DNA of 64,000 nt from positions 1 to 64,000 of the IMG/VR virus record IMGVR_UViG_3300010158_000027; one strand, 5' to 3'. How positions within the stretch are numbered: the stretch's first letter is position 1; each line of letters starts with the position of its first letter. The translations under genes were made by a program, and so were the position numbers. The notes beneath the pieces are model-generated. The model was not told where the DNA came from. It did no database searches and saw nothing but the letters and a program-made list of their open reading frames with translations. Shown here piece after piece: positions 50,701 to 58,375 of this stretch.

Positions 50701-50815
50701 AGATTGGAATTGGTGTCCAATGTTAAAAGATACGGATAGAATGTTTGAATGCACAAAATCAATCACATCTAAAATGGTAATTAATCAAATCGATCAACTA
50801 ATAATATCGCAATAA
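47729..50815 (+). CDS. Three-domain glycosyltransferase: GT-A (DxD), GT-B (GT4-like) and a TibC/Aah-like heptosyltransferase domain
   Basis: YVDSDS; FLAPHLSTGG (from 48632); from about 49709 SLGD, KYWNN, SGLSWLAW, ISGFS and the Cys cluster CHGC..WCP..FECT. Confidence 0.85.
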   Translation: MLKDEKCYVYYATEKYFEIAKKSIESIRKYSDLPIYLYLLNSDLKLEIDNTFTIKWECDVDFDSDMFESFENKNFYINRRNKNIYKILIQRPLIVKHCLENYSKVVCYVDSDSISTPYVDNIFDFYNKDSNHPYFTQGVYDYLNFYGRGGIPIDENSTNTLEYPLCELLNTNQKNRITYRQTGYFVSNEKCIDFLNEWSEVCNHPKVLENPEHYAPYHEETVMNVLLWKYNYQDGLPYMYVNGSLERVDEIYNTIKFNGEDNLVSELYKIPKNKETLLFFHGEKRVEVMEQMIRSIEKNYKMKLLFLAPHLSTGGMPSFLLKRIQELIKYNKDIEIFVIEYSYYGPSYVVQRNQIIDIIGDDHFFELGSNKDRVIDIIKENNIDIVHIDENVEMLNEPMSTNVLNLLYSDDRTWRMVETCHNIWFNANQNKIYNPDSYIFCTSWHESNTFSDLPSPKTTIQFPLENKKPTLDDRLESKRQLNFESDKIHIINVGLWTSGKNQKEGVGVAKLLYETNPEIVFHFIGNQAPNFKDYWEPIMCDIPPNVKVWGEMDNVDLFMQSSDILMFNSTLECNPLVVREAISHELKIITRTLPQYMGIYDRYVYPIESSNVNELKDLILKVIKSENKYKNVIDENYEFSKTHIDTYKQTLLNSPIKQNKMENKIQIVTHFVEAPFIEIKGQSSADYKIKVYNENDSCIYENTIKVNHWVKLNRGYYTKWRTEIYEDNELIYNETINLKDKRVYVSFESKSLGDTLSWIPYVEEFRKKHECKVIVSTFLNNILENQYPEIEFVNPNSEVHNLHALYRIGWFYKPDGNFDSNRHPYDPKSQPLQKTASDILGLEFKEIKPNIKYPRLSKKKKVGIGLHGTAQSKYWNNPDGWQEVVNYLTGKGYEVVLYSKEENGYMGNKHPYGVTKFKEGSLNNLIYDMSTCEFFIGIGSGLSWLAWSIDLPIVLISGFSEKWTETQSNTYRVLNDNVCHGCFNMCRLNPSDWNWCPMLKDTDRMFECTKSITSKMVINQIDQLIISQ

Positions 50816-50848
50816 AAAACCCCCACTATTTCTAATGGGGGGTCAATA

Positions 50849-51379
50849 TTAATTGTTAGACATTATTTTACAAAATTCTAACATCTGGTTATGGGTTAAA
50901 TTATTTTTAGCGTGATTACAAGTGATACTAATAAATTGAATATTACCTTTAACATAACCTTTATCACTATCAATCCGATCTAAAGATGCGGTGTTTAAAT
51001 TAGTCCTATCACCATTATGGTTGGGGTGTAATAATTGTATATGACTATAAACACAGATACCATTTTGCTTATTCCATTGATCTAAAATATCGTCCAAAGT
51101 TACACCTATCTCGTGTTTTCTTTTTTTTAGTCTACGGTAATGTTCTCTTAATCCTGTGTAGTTGTCCTTTCTATTATTAGACATACCCAATAAGAATTTT
51201 ACATTCCCTTCAACATATTTAAGTAAATGTTTATTATTTATTTTACCACTACACGTTAATGAACAATAGTTTTTTCTACCAATCTTTTCATTTCGATTAA
51301 TCTCTGATTTGTCCTTAAGAAATGTTATATTACATTCAGGGTTGGAGCAAATTGTTAGTTCTTTTTTTCTTTTTTCCAT
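50849..51379 (-). CDS. Free-standing HNH-like (His-Me finger) endonuclease
   Basis: N-terminal CxxxxC...CSLTC zinc finger; CVYS...ASLDRIDSDKGYVKGNIQFISITCNHAKN. Confidence 0.75.
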   Translation of the reverse strand: MEKRKKELTICSNPECNITFLKDKSEINRNEKIGRKNYCSLTCSGKINNKHLLKYVEGNVKFLLGMSNNRKDNYTGLREHYRRLKKRKHEIGVTLDDILDQWNKQNGICVYSHIQLLHPNHNGDRTNLNTASLDRIDSDKGYVKGNIQFISITCNHAKNNLTHNQMLEFCKIMSNN

Positions 51380-51480
51380 AATCCTTTTATTATAAATATA
51401 TACATCTCCACAAAAAACCCATCTCCACAAAAAAATACATAAAAAAATTACCACTATTTCTAATGGTAAATCTTTTGTCT

Positions 51481-51520
51481 TCTAGCGATGTTTATAGTTT
51501 TACTTATAAACACCGCTAGA
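51481..51520 (-). terminator. Hairpin 3' of the tmRNA gene
   Basis: TCTAGCG-A-TGTTTATA...TATAAACA-C-CGCTAGA inverted repeat. Confidence 0.6.
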
Positions 51521-51539
51521 AGGTACAAAAGATCCAGGG

Positions 51540-52156
51540 TGGAGGTGCGGGGACTCGCAAAATCAATAATTTTCATTACTGCGTGGACTATATCATCATC
51601 TCATTGAGATGTCGGACGCTCTAGCTGGTTATTAAGTATATCGCTATACTCCAGTAGTCTCTGCACCTTCTTACTCTGTAAGCTTGGCTCAGGATTGCCA
51701 CCACCATTACGTGCTGAGGTTTCCCTGAGTTCATCCGATTTTTAATCTATTGTCACCAATAGATGGGTCCGACATTAAACCCCGGTCCATAACATCCTGT
51801 AAAACAAGGACTACACGTTTAGGTTAACGTTTTCTAACGTTCCAAAATATTTGATTTTTCACACCGACCAACAAACGGTGATAGTCCTTTCGGGGGACCA
51901 TACCCGTTTTGTTTTCTTTTAGAGTGTAAACTAACTCATCAACGACTTCTGTTGCTAGGTTGAATGTCTGACCGACCCCCGTTTCCGAACTTAAATTAAG
52001 CTACAGTAACTTCAGATTCTCTTACTAAACCAAGAGTTTCCATTTTCGATAATACGTCGCCGATTGTTTTTTGTGAATCAGTTTTTAAAGAGATTAACTC
52101 AGTCTCTACGTGCCCTTTATTCTCAGCCGACATCTGTCAAATCCAAAAACACCCCC
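51540..52156 (-). ncRNA. ssrA: tmRNA, intron-containing (exon 1 52156-51778, exon 2 51557-51540; CCA not encoded)
   Basis: 5' GGGGGTG..GGATTTGAC; 3' CACCTCCA with G3-U; T-arm CGGGG-TT|CGAGT-CCCCG restored on splicing; tag ORF 52061-51996. Confidence 0.92.
51558..51777 (-). mobile_element. ORF-less group I intron (IC3-like, 220 nt) in the tmRNA T-loop
   Basis: P1 GGGUU/GACCC with U-G at the 5' splice site; P3 UCGGAUG/CGUCCGA; P4 CUCAGG/CCUGAG; P7 GACUA/UAGUC; P9 GAAA hairpin; terminal G. Confidence 0.9.
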
Positions 52157-52175
52157 ATAAATCAAAGAACTTTAA

Positions 52176-52183
52176 CAAAGATA
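52176..52183 (-). promoter_or_regulatory. Bacteroidota-type -7 promoter element TAnnTTTG (representative of 8 sites)
   Basis: Also minus 53-60, 4220-4227, 17486-17493, 54446-54453, 59558-59565; plus 7025-7032, 9332-9339. Confidence 0.7.
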
Positions 52184-52221
52184 ATACAACAATTCCGATT
52201 ATCCAATATATTTATATAAAT

Positions 52222-53406
52222 ATGTTTAAAAAAAGGTTTATATACGAACAAGAGGAAGAGGAAGTCGAATTAAATGACTTTCAAAAAATCCTAGCACTTC
52301 ATAAAAAAAGAATGCATCCAAATCAGGTTGAGTTTTTTAATTCGGAAGGTAAGGATTTTTCAGATATTATATCAATCAATTACGATGGGATTACCTTCAA
52401 TTTTAATGATTTACAGGAATATTTAGAGTTCTTTTTTCCAGAAATATATGGTGTGGATGGTTCCGATGGGGCCTACGAGGCTGAGTACTTCCAACAGATG
52501 TATAATGGAAATTGGAGCTGGCATAACGAATATTGGGATAGATCTACTGATGATTGGAATGAGGGGTATATTGTTGGAGCAATGAAAAGTCAAAGTTTAG
52601 AGACATTAAAAGAAATTATAGATGCGGTTTCGCCTGGTGATAGTAAATGTATTGTCTTTAAAGATGGGGAGTATGTATTGGATAACTCTAGCGATAAGTC
52701 TAACGCCGAAACAACCATTACGTCAATTTTAGAAGGTTTGGGGGTTGAGGATAAGATAAAGGAAGCATATGTTGATGCTCAAGTGGACGCTGTGAGTGAT
52801 GAAGTCTCTAAATATATTGAAGACACCTATGGTGATTGTTTTTCTGAACTTGGAATTGAAAACGATTCGGCAAGACACTTTTTTTGGAAATATTCAATGG
52901 ATTGGGGTTCTATGGTTTTATTGTTTGCTCGTTTTGGTACTGAAAACGATAGTTTTTTAGACTTACTTTTTGAAGCGATTAACGCCACAGCGATTAAACA
53001 TCTTCCAGAATATTATGAAATGCAATATAACGTTTGGAATGAAGAAAAGTTCACTAAAACATATGTCAATGAACTAAGTACCATTTTTGATAAACTATTA
53101 ATTGAGGTATCTGAAAACCACAATAAAGGGTATTATGAAGCTATTTCAAAGATTACAAAAATCGGTGGGTTTAATACCTGGATAACCTCTAAAAATGAAA
53201 AAGTTAAACTTATGATTAGAAATCTTGATCCCGAAACCCTAAAAGTTGATTTTTCTGTTATCAATGGTAATTATGGTTCTTGGCATTCAAAAAAAGGTAG
53301 ATCTACCGTTGATGAAATAATCAACCTACTCTATAATGAAAGTATGTTTGATGTTGAGGATTTCAGGGAACATTATTTAAGATTTATTCAAAAGACGATT
53401 CTTTAA
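52222..53406 (+). CDS. Acidic hypothetical protein with short leader (MFKKRFIYEQ)
   Basis: ORF; TATTTAT at 52209-52215. Confidence 0.8.
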   Translation: MFKKRFIYEQEEEEVELNDFQKILALHKKRMHPNQVEFFNSEGKDFSDIISINYDGITFNFNDLQEYLEFFFPEIYGVDGSDGAYEAEYFQQMYNGNWSWHNEYWDRSTDDWNEGYIVGAMKSQSLETLKEIIDAVSPGDSKCIVFKDGEYVLDNSSDKSNAETTITSILEGLGVEDKIKEAYVDAQVDAVSDEVSKYIEDTYGDCFSELGIENDSARHFFWKYSMDWGSMVLLFARFGTENDSFLDLLFEAINATAIKHLPEYYEMQYNVWNEEKFTKTYVNELSTIFDKLLIEVSENHNKGYYEAISKITKIGGFNTWITSKNEKVKLMIRNLDPETLKVDFSVINGNYGSWHSKKGRSTVDEIINLLYNESMFDVEDFREHYLRFIQKTIL

Positions 53407-54429
53407 TATATCATAAAGGTAGGGTAAGTCGTCGTCAGAAATAAAAACGGTGCCACCCCCAAAAATATCTGAAATCGTAACTCCACTTTTTTCTTCCATA
53501 ACATCGATTGTTTCTAATTGGTGGAATTCCTCCGATTCAATATAGAAATCATCATCGTCAAATCCAATTAAAGAATTCATAACCGTTTGTTGTGTATATA
53601 CTATGGGTTTATAAACATATTCGTATTTTTTATAACCAAGAACCTTTACCATGTTTTTTCCAGCATCGATTGAGTTTTTAACATCATCAATTGAGATGAA
53701 CTCTTGGTTTGAGTGCATATTATAGTAACCACAAGACATGTTGATACAAGAAACGTCCGATTTCTTTTTTAGTTGCGATATGTCAGTATATGGGTGAGAT
53801 TGAACTAACATTTCATTTCCAAAAGATTCCTCAATCACCTTTAATGTTTTTGTGAAAAATTCACTATCACGATCAAACAATCGAACTCCCGAACATATCT
53901 CGGATATTAAATGGTTCCCTGGCGCATCGTATTGGGCGATGTAACCAACATCCTTTAAAAAATTCTCATCACATTTTGACGATCCGTGACAACCCGTCTC
54001 TTCTGAAACAAAAAGTCCAATTTTTACCTTATCTAATTGTTTTAAAAGTTCCAAACAAATAAAAATACCACATTTATCATCACCACCAATACCCGTTGGG
54101 TTTCCGTCTTCATCGTAAGCTTTCAAACAATCAACCTCACTTTTATCGAAAGTTTTTCCGAACGTATTTGGTCGAGGTAGTTTTTCTTCTTTAACTATAA
54201 TTTTATCAATCATGTTATGAACCGTATCGGTGTGGGCAATAAACATCGGGTAAGACTCATTCTCAGTAAGTGTACCTTTAGTTGCGTATACATTCATCAT
54301 AATATCCCTGTAATATGAGACACCCTCAATCTTGTCCAATTCAGAGCAAATATATTCCACCATATCCTCCTCTTGGTATGTTTTTGATGGTACTGATAAT
54401 AAATCTTTGAATTTCTCTAAATCGAACAT
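53377..54429 (-). CDS. Dinuclear zinc peptidase (M20/M28/M42 clan)
   Basis: AHTDTVH, GGDDKCG, SEETG, YD, NMHSNQE; TATCTTTG at 54446-54453. Confidence 0.85.
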   Translation of the reverse strand: MFDLEKFKDLLSVPSKTYQEEDMVEYICSELDKIEGVSYYRDIMMNVYATKGTLTENESYPMFIAHTDTVHNMIDKIIVKEEKLPRPNTFGKTFDKSEVDCLKAYDEDGNPTGIGGDDKCGIFICLELLKQLDKVKIGLFVSEETGCHGSSKCDENFLKDVGYIAQYDAPGNHLISEICSGVRLFDRDSEFFTKTLKVIEESFGNEMLVQSHPYTDISQLKKKSDVSCINMSCGYYNMHSNQEFISIDDVKNSIDAGKNMVKVLGYKKYEYVYKPIVYTQQTVMNSLIGFDDDDFYIESEEFHQLETIDVMEEKSGVTISDIFGGGTVFISDDDLPYLYDILKNRLLNKS

Positions 54430-54522
54430 AGTATACGTTTTTCAACAAAGATAATAAACTTTTTGGGTTATTGGTATATTTTTTATAAAATAAAAATCCC
54501 CACCTTTTGAGTGGGGATTGTA

Positions 54523-56745
54523 TCATGGTTTAAGTCTTCTTTTTGTTGGTTTTTTTATCTTTACCTCCGTTTTCTTATCCGTCTCATTATATGAGAGAAT
54601 AAATTTGGATCCCTTTTCTGGGTTATTTGTTAATATGGATTCGGTTATCGCATCATCAACCCACTTTTGTACTGTACGTTTTAATATACGAGCCCCAAAT
54701 CTAGTGTCTGTCCCTACGGTAATTAAATGTTTTTTTAATGTGTCGTCCACCTCAACATCGAACTCAATATTTTTAACTCTCTCAAAAACCTTATTAAGTT
54801 CTAATTCTACGATTTTTAATAAATCATCCTCATTCAAATCTTTAAAATAGATAATCTCATCAAATCTATTAATGAATTCTGGTGCGAACCTTTTAAACAA
54901 TTCCTTTTCAAGTAGAGATTTTACCTCATCGTCTTTCTTTTCGATTTTAGTTGTCGTTGTGAATCCAACTCCCCCACCAAAATCTTGAATAACTTTGGTT
55001 CCAACATTGGATGTCATTAAAATTATACAATTTTTAAAATTGATTTTTCTCCCATGCCCATCCGTTAGATATCCTTCATCTAACATTTGTAAAAATACGT
55101 TAAAAATTTCAGGGTGAGCCTTTTCTATCTCGTCTAAAAGTATTACCGAATATGGGTTATTTTTAATTTTGTTTAAAAATGGTGATCCATCTTCATACCC
55201 AACATACCCTGGTGATGTTCCCGTAAGTTTTGATGTTGACACTTTATCTGAGAATTCACTCATGTCTAATCTAATTAACGAATCTTCGCTATTAAACATA
55301 TGTTTAGCTAATTGTTTGGCTAACTCCGTTTTACCGACACCAGAATTACCAATAAGTAACCCACTAAATATTGGTCGTTTAGGGTCGTTTAGTCCTATCT
55401 TGTTTCTTTGAATTGATCTTGCAATTTTAGCAACCGCATCATCCTGACCAATAACTTTACTACATAAAGTTTCTTTTAATACTCTTAACTGTTCAGTCTC
55501 ATCCGTATTGATTTTACTAATTGGAATTTTTGTCATCAACGAAACAACATCATAAACTACATCTTCAGTGACTTCACGTTTGTTTAAGTTTCTATTTTTT
55601 TCAAACTCCTCTTTTTCTCTCTGTAAATCTAATAGGATTTTTCTTTCCTTATCTCTAAGGTTGGCTGCCTCCTCATATTTTTGGCTATTAATTACTTTTA
55701 TTTTTTCCTCTTTAATATCCTGAGCTAACTTTTTAAGATCCTCAATTATTTCAGGTAATTTAATTTCTACTTGTGATCTCGCCCCAACCTCATCGATTAT
55801 ATCAAATGCCTTATCTGGAAATTCTCTATCAGTGATATATCTATCAGCCAACTCAACACAAAGTTTTAATATTTCGTCGGTGTATCTTACTTTGTGGTGT
55901 TCCTCATACCTATCTTTGGAATTTTGAAGGATTTGTAATGTTTCTTCTTTAGTTGATGGATCCACCATGACTTTTTGGAATCTTCTTTCAAGAGCTCCGT
56001 CCTTTTCAATATTTTTTCTATATTCCTCTAAGGTAGTTGCCCCAATACATTGTAGTTCCCCACGAGATAATGCGGGTTTAAATATATTAGACGCGTCCAT
56101 CGAACCAGATGAATTACCCGCACCTATCATCGTATGTATTTCATCAATAAAAATAATAATATCGGGATTGGCATATAATTCCTCAATTATCACTTTCATC
56201 CTTTCCTCGAATTGTCCTCTATATTTTGTTCCCGCAACTATTGATGTCATGTCTAAAGACACTATCCTTTTGCCGGTTAAGTTTTGGGGACAATCACCCT
56301 CAAATATTTTTTTAGCCAACCCCTCGACTATAGCTGTTTTACCACAATTATGGGATACTACCCCATTGGATATATATTTCCTTTCGTTATCTAAAACCTC
56401 CAAATCGTAGGTGTTGTGAACCCCAATTTCAGATTTTTCAATAACCTCATAAATATTATTGTCCTCACAATATACAAAATCCCCCACGTTAATGGTTTTT
56501 AATTTAACCCAAAACGAATCATTAATATACTCAACAGTTTCGTTGGTTGTATTGACATCAACTTCAACTAAATGATCTTCAGACCCAGACAACCCTAACC
56601 CGTTTGAAAGTTTTATTTCAAAACAGTTTTTATTTTGTTTTTTATATAAATTACCGATTAATTTATATCCAGATGGCGTTTTAACTTTATACGTCCCACC
56701 CTCACTCTCGATTAAATTAAAAAACTCCTCAATTTTGATCTTCAT
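54523..56745 (-). CDS. clpC: IntC (133 aa, 56745-56347) fused to the C-terminal part of a ClpC-like AAA+ unfoldase
   Basis: SEDH, TYDLEV, SHN|CGKT; then IFIDE, UVR-like YEEAANLRDKE, GNSGVGKT, LLDEIEKAH and a VGF loop. Confidence 0.92.
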   Translation of the reverse strand: MKIKIEEFFNLIESEGGTYKVKTPSGYKLIGNLYKKQNKNCFEIKLSNGLGLSGSEDHLVEVDVNTTNETVEYINDSFWVKLKTINVGDFVYCEDNNIYEVIEKSEIGVHNTYDLEVLDNERKYISNGVVSHNCGKTAIVEGLAKKIFEGDCPQNLTGKRIVSLDMTSIVAGTKYRGQFEERMKVIIEELYANPDIIIFIDEIHTMIGAGNSSGSMDASNIFKPALSRGELQCIGATTLEEYRKNIEKDGALERRFQKVMVDPSTKEETLQILQNSKDRYEEHHKVRYTDEILKLCVELADRYITDREFPDKAFDIIDEVGARSQVEIKLPEIIEDLKKLAQDIKEEKIKVINSQKYEEAANLRDKERKILLDLQREKEEFEKNRNLNKREVTEDVVYDVVSLMTKIPISKINTDETEQLRVLKETLCSKVIGQDDAVAKIARSIQRNKIGLNDPKRPIFSGLLIGNSGVGKTELAKQLAKHMFNSEDSLIRLDMSEFSDKVSTSKLTGTSPGYVGYEDGSPFLNKIKNNPYSVILLDEIEKAHPEIFNVFLQMLDEGYLTDGHGRKINFKNCIILMTSNVGTKVIQDFGGGVGFTTTTKIEKKDDEVKSLLEKELFKRFAPEFINRFDEIIYFKDLNEDDLLKIVELELNKVFERVKNIEFDVEVDDTLKKHLITVGTDTRFGARILKRTVQKWVDDAITESILTNNPEKGSKFILSYNETDKKTEVKIKKPTKRRLKP

Positions 56746-57914
56746 AATAACTTTTTATTTTTACAATTAGTTTATTTTCATTTAAATCATATATTAAATT
56801 AATATTATTATCTACACAAAATTTAATTTTATAATCCATTTTTTCTTTATATCCTCCCAAAACCCGATCCAATTTATCCATATTTTTACCATTTAATAAC
56901 CCAAAAAACTCAATGTAAATATCTTCTTTAGGTAAGTAAAAATCACATTTCATATTACTATTGGGGTAGTTAGTCTCATAAACAAAATTTAAGTTATTTT
57001 TTTCTAAAAATAAAGCCACCCGATACTCACCCACACTTTTATATCTTATACCGTTATGGTAAGTTGGTATTCCATAATATTGTCTATTTTGGTTTAAGTT
57101 AATTTTACTATAAATAGTATTTTTTAATTCTTTACTTGTTGATTGATAAAAATTCTGTATTATTTTACTACTAATATACGGGGATAAATCCGAATATCTT
57201 TTAATGTCATCTTTAGATAATACACAATCAATAAAATCATTAATATTTTTATTTGTGGTACAATGTGTAACAATATTATTAATTTTTTCTTTAAACCCAG
57301 AATGCTTTAAAATGTCTGATTGACTTTTTTCATTATATTTAAACCCACTTTTACTTCTTTGTATTTCGGAATAATTCGATTTGTTTTTTAAACTCTCAAT
57401 CCACTTATTTTGCCTTTCGTCAAACACTACCCTCCCTTTATCCTTACCGTACTTTTCTATACATTTTTCCAAACTAAATGTGCTCTGCCTTTGTTTAATT
57501 TGGTTTTTAGACTCCTCAATAGAATACCCCTTTTTAATCCAATACTCAACGTTGGTTGTTGTCTTATCTTTATAATGTTCTGGATTATCTTTTTTTAAAT
57601 CGGATAATTTTTTACTGTTTTGTTTTTGTTTTTTAACAATAAAATTTTTAATGTCTTCATCCCCCCCAACCCATACACTTTAAAAATTTTTTATCATATA
57701 TAGTATCGGGGTATTTTAAAATGGATTTAATTGTGGGTTTAACTTGTTTGTAATTTACAAAATCCGTTTTTTCGATAAAATCTTGAATTTCTTTTTTATG
57801 CGAAACATCAAACTTTATAAAGTACTTATAAAATCCACCATTAACTATAAAGTTTTCAAAATCTTCTATAGTTAAAACCTCAAATATCGGTTTACTTCTT
57901 TTTTTAATTAACAT
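56729..57914 (-). pseudogene. Homing-endonuclease-like gene (PD-(D/E)XK/Vsr-like), frameshifted at a G7 run (57661-57667)
   Basis: The 85-aa ORF joins a frame that stays open to 56729 if one G is removed (394 aa); KSVGEYRV...CDFYLPKEDIYIEFFG. Confidence 0.7.
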
Positions 57915-57959
57915 AACACTATACAGGATGTGGGAAATACCACACCCTGACTATAAATA

Positions 57960-58253
57960 TCACATAGTTTCAATATTGTGAGTATTCACATCTGAAATTT
58001 TTTCTACCTCAATCCAAGTATCCCCTAAAACACATCCAGGTTCCCCTAAGATGATTGGGTTATTTTTTTTTCTTCTCGAAAGTATTTGGGCGATTCTATT
58101 AATCTCATCTTCTCTACCGACAACTGGGTCTAATTTACCTTCTTCTGCTAATTTTATTAAATCTCTTGAAAAATTATCTAACACAGGTGTTTTCGTTGAT
58201 CCTTCTTGGTTTTTATTTTTTGATTTGTCACTTCCGTCTGCAGATTCGATCAT
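57960..58253 (-). CDS. clpC: N-terminal ClpC extein (73 aa) plus IntN (24 aa, 58034-57963)
   Basis: [10 protein letters not shown]...[11 protein letters not shown]...[14 protein letters not shown]|[10 protein letters not shown]...stop. Confidence 0.92.
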   Translation of the reverse strand: MIESADGSDKSKNKNQEGSTKTPVLDNFSRDLIKLAEEGKLDPVVGREDEINRIAQILSRRKKNNPIILGEPGCVLGDTWIEVEKISDVNTHNIETM

Positions 58254-58375
58254 ACCGATATTGATTTTTTATTTTTTATTTTTTCAAAGTTTAATTATAA
58301 ATAGACAAAAAATCAATTATTTAGTAGATAATACGTCTTTTTTAATCTTTGTTGTATTTATATATAAAATTGTAT

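Noticed and set aside
27168-50815. Giant eukaryotic virus origin suggested by collagen and glycosyltransferase genes
   Set aside because: The T4-like terminase, tmRNA, bacterial ClpC/FKBP/ferritin and Bacteroidota promoters indicate a bacteriophage.
51537-51560. Stand-alone tRNA 3' half or attachment-site remnant
   Set aside because: It is exon 2 of the tmRNA and pairs with the 5' end at 52156; no integrase nearby and no true tRNA genes seen.
56746-57962. Group I intron joining the intein halves (a U...G boundary pair would be in frame)
   Set aside because: No P3/P4/P7 core found; the only GACUA and UAGUC strings are in the wrong order and the interval is almost entirely coding.
56743-57965. 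T4 gene 60-type ribosomal bypass (matched ATG codons, stop, hairpin)
   Set aside because: The gap is about 1.2 kb versus 50 nt in gene 60; trans-splicing explains the layout without it.
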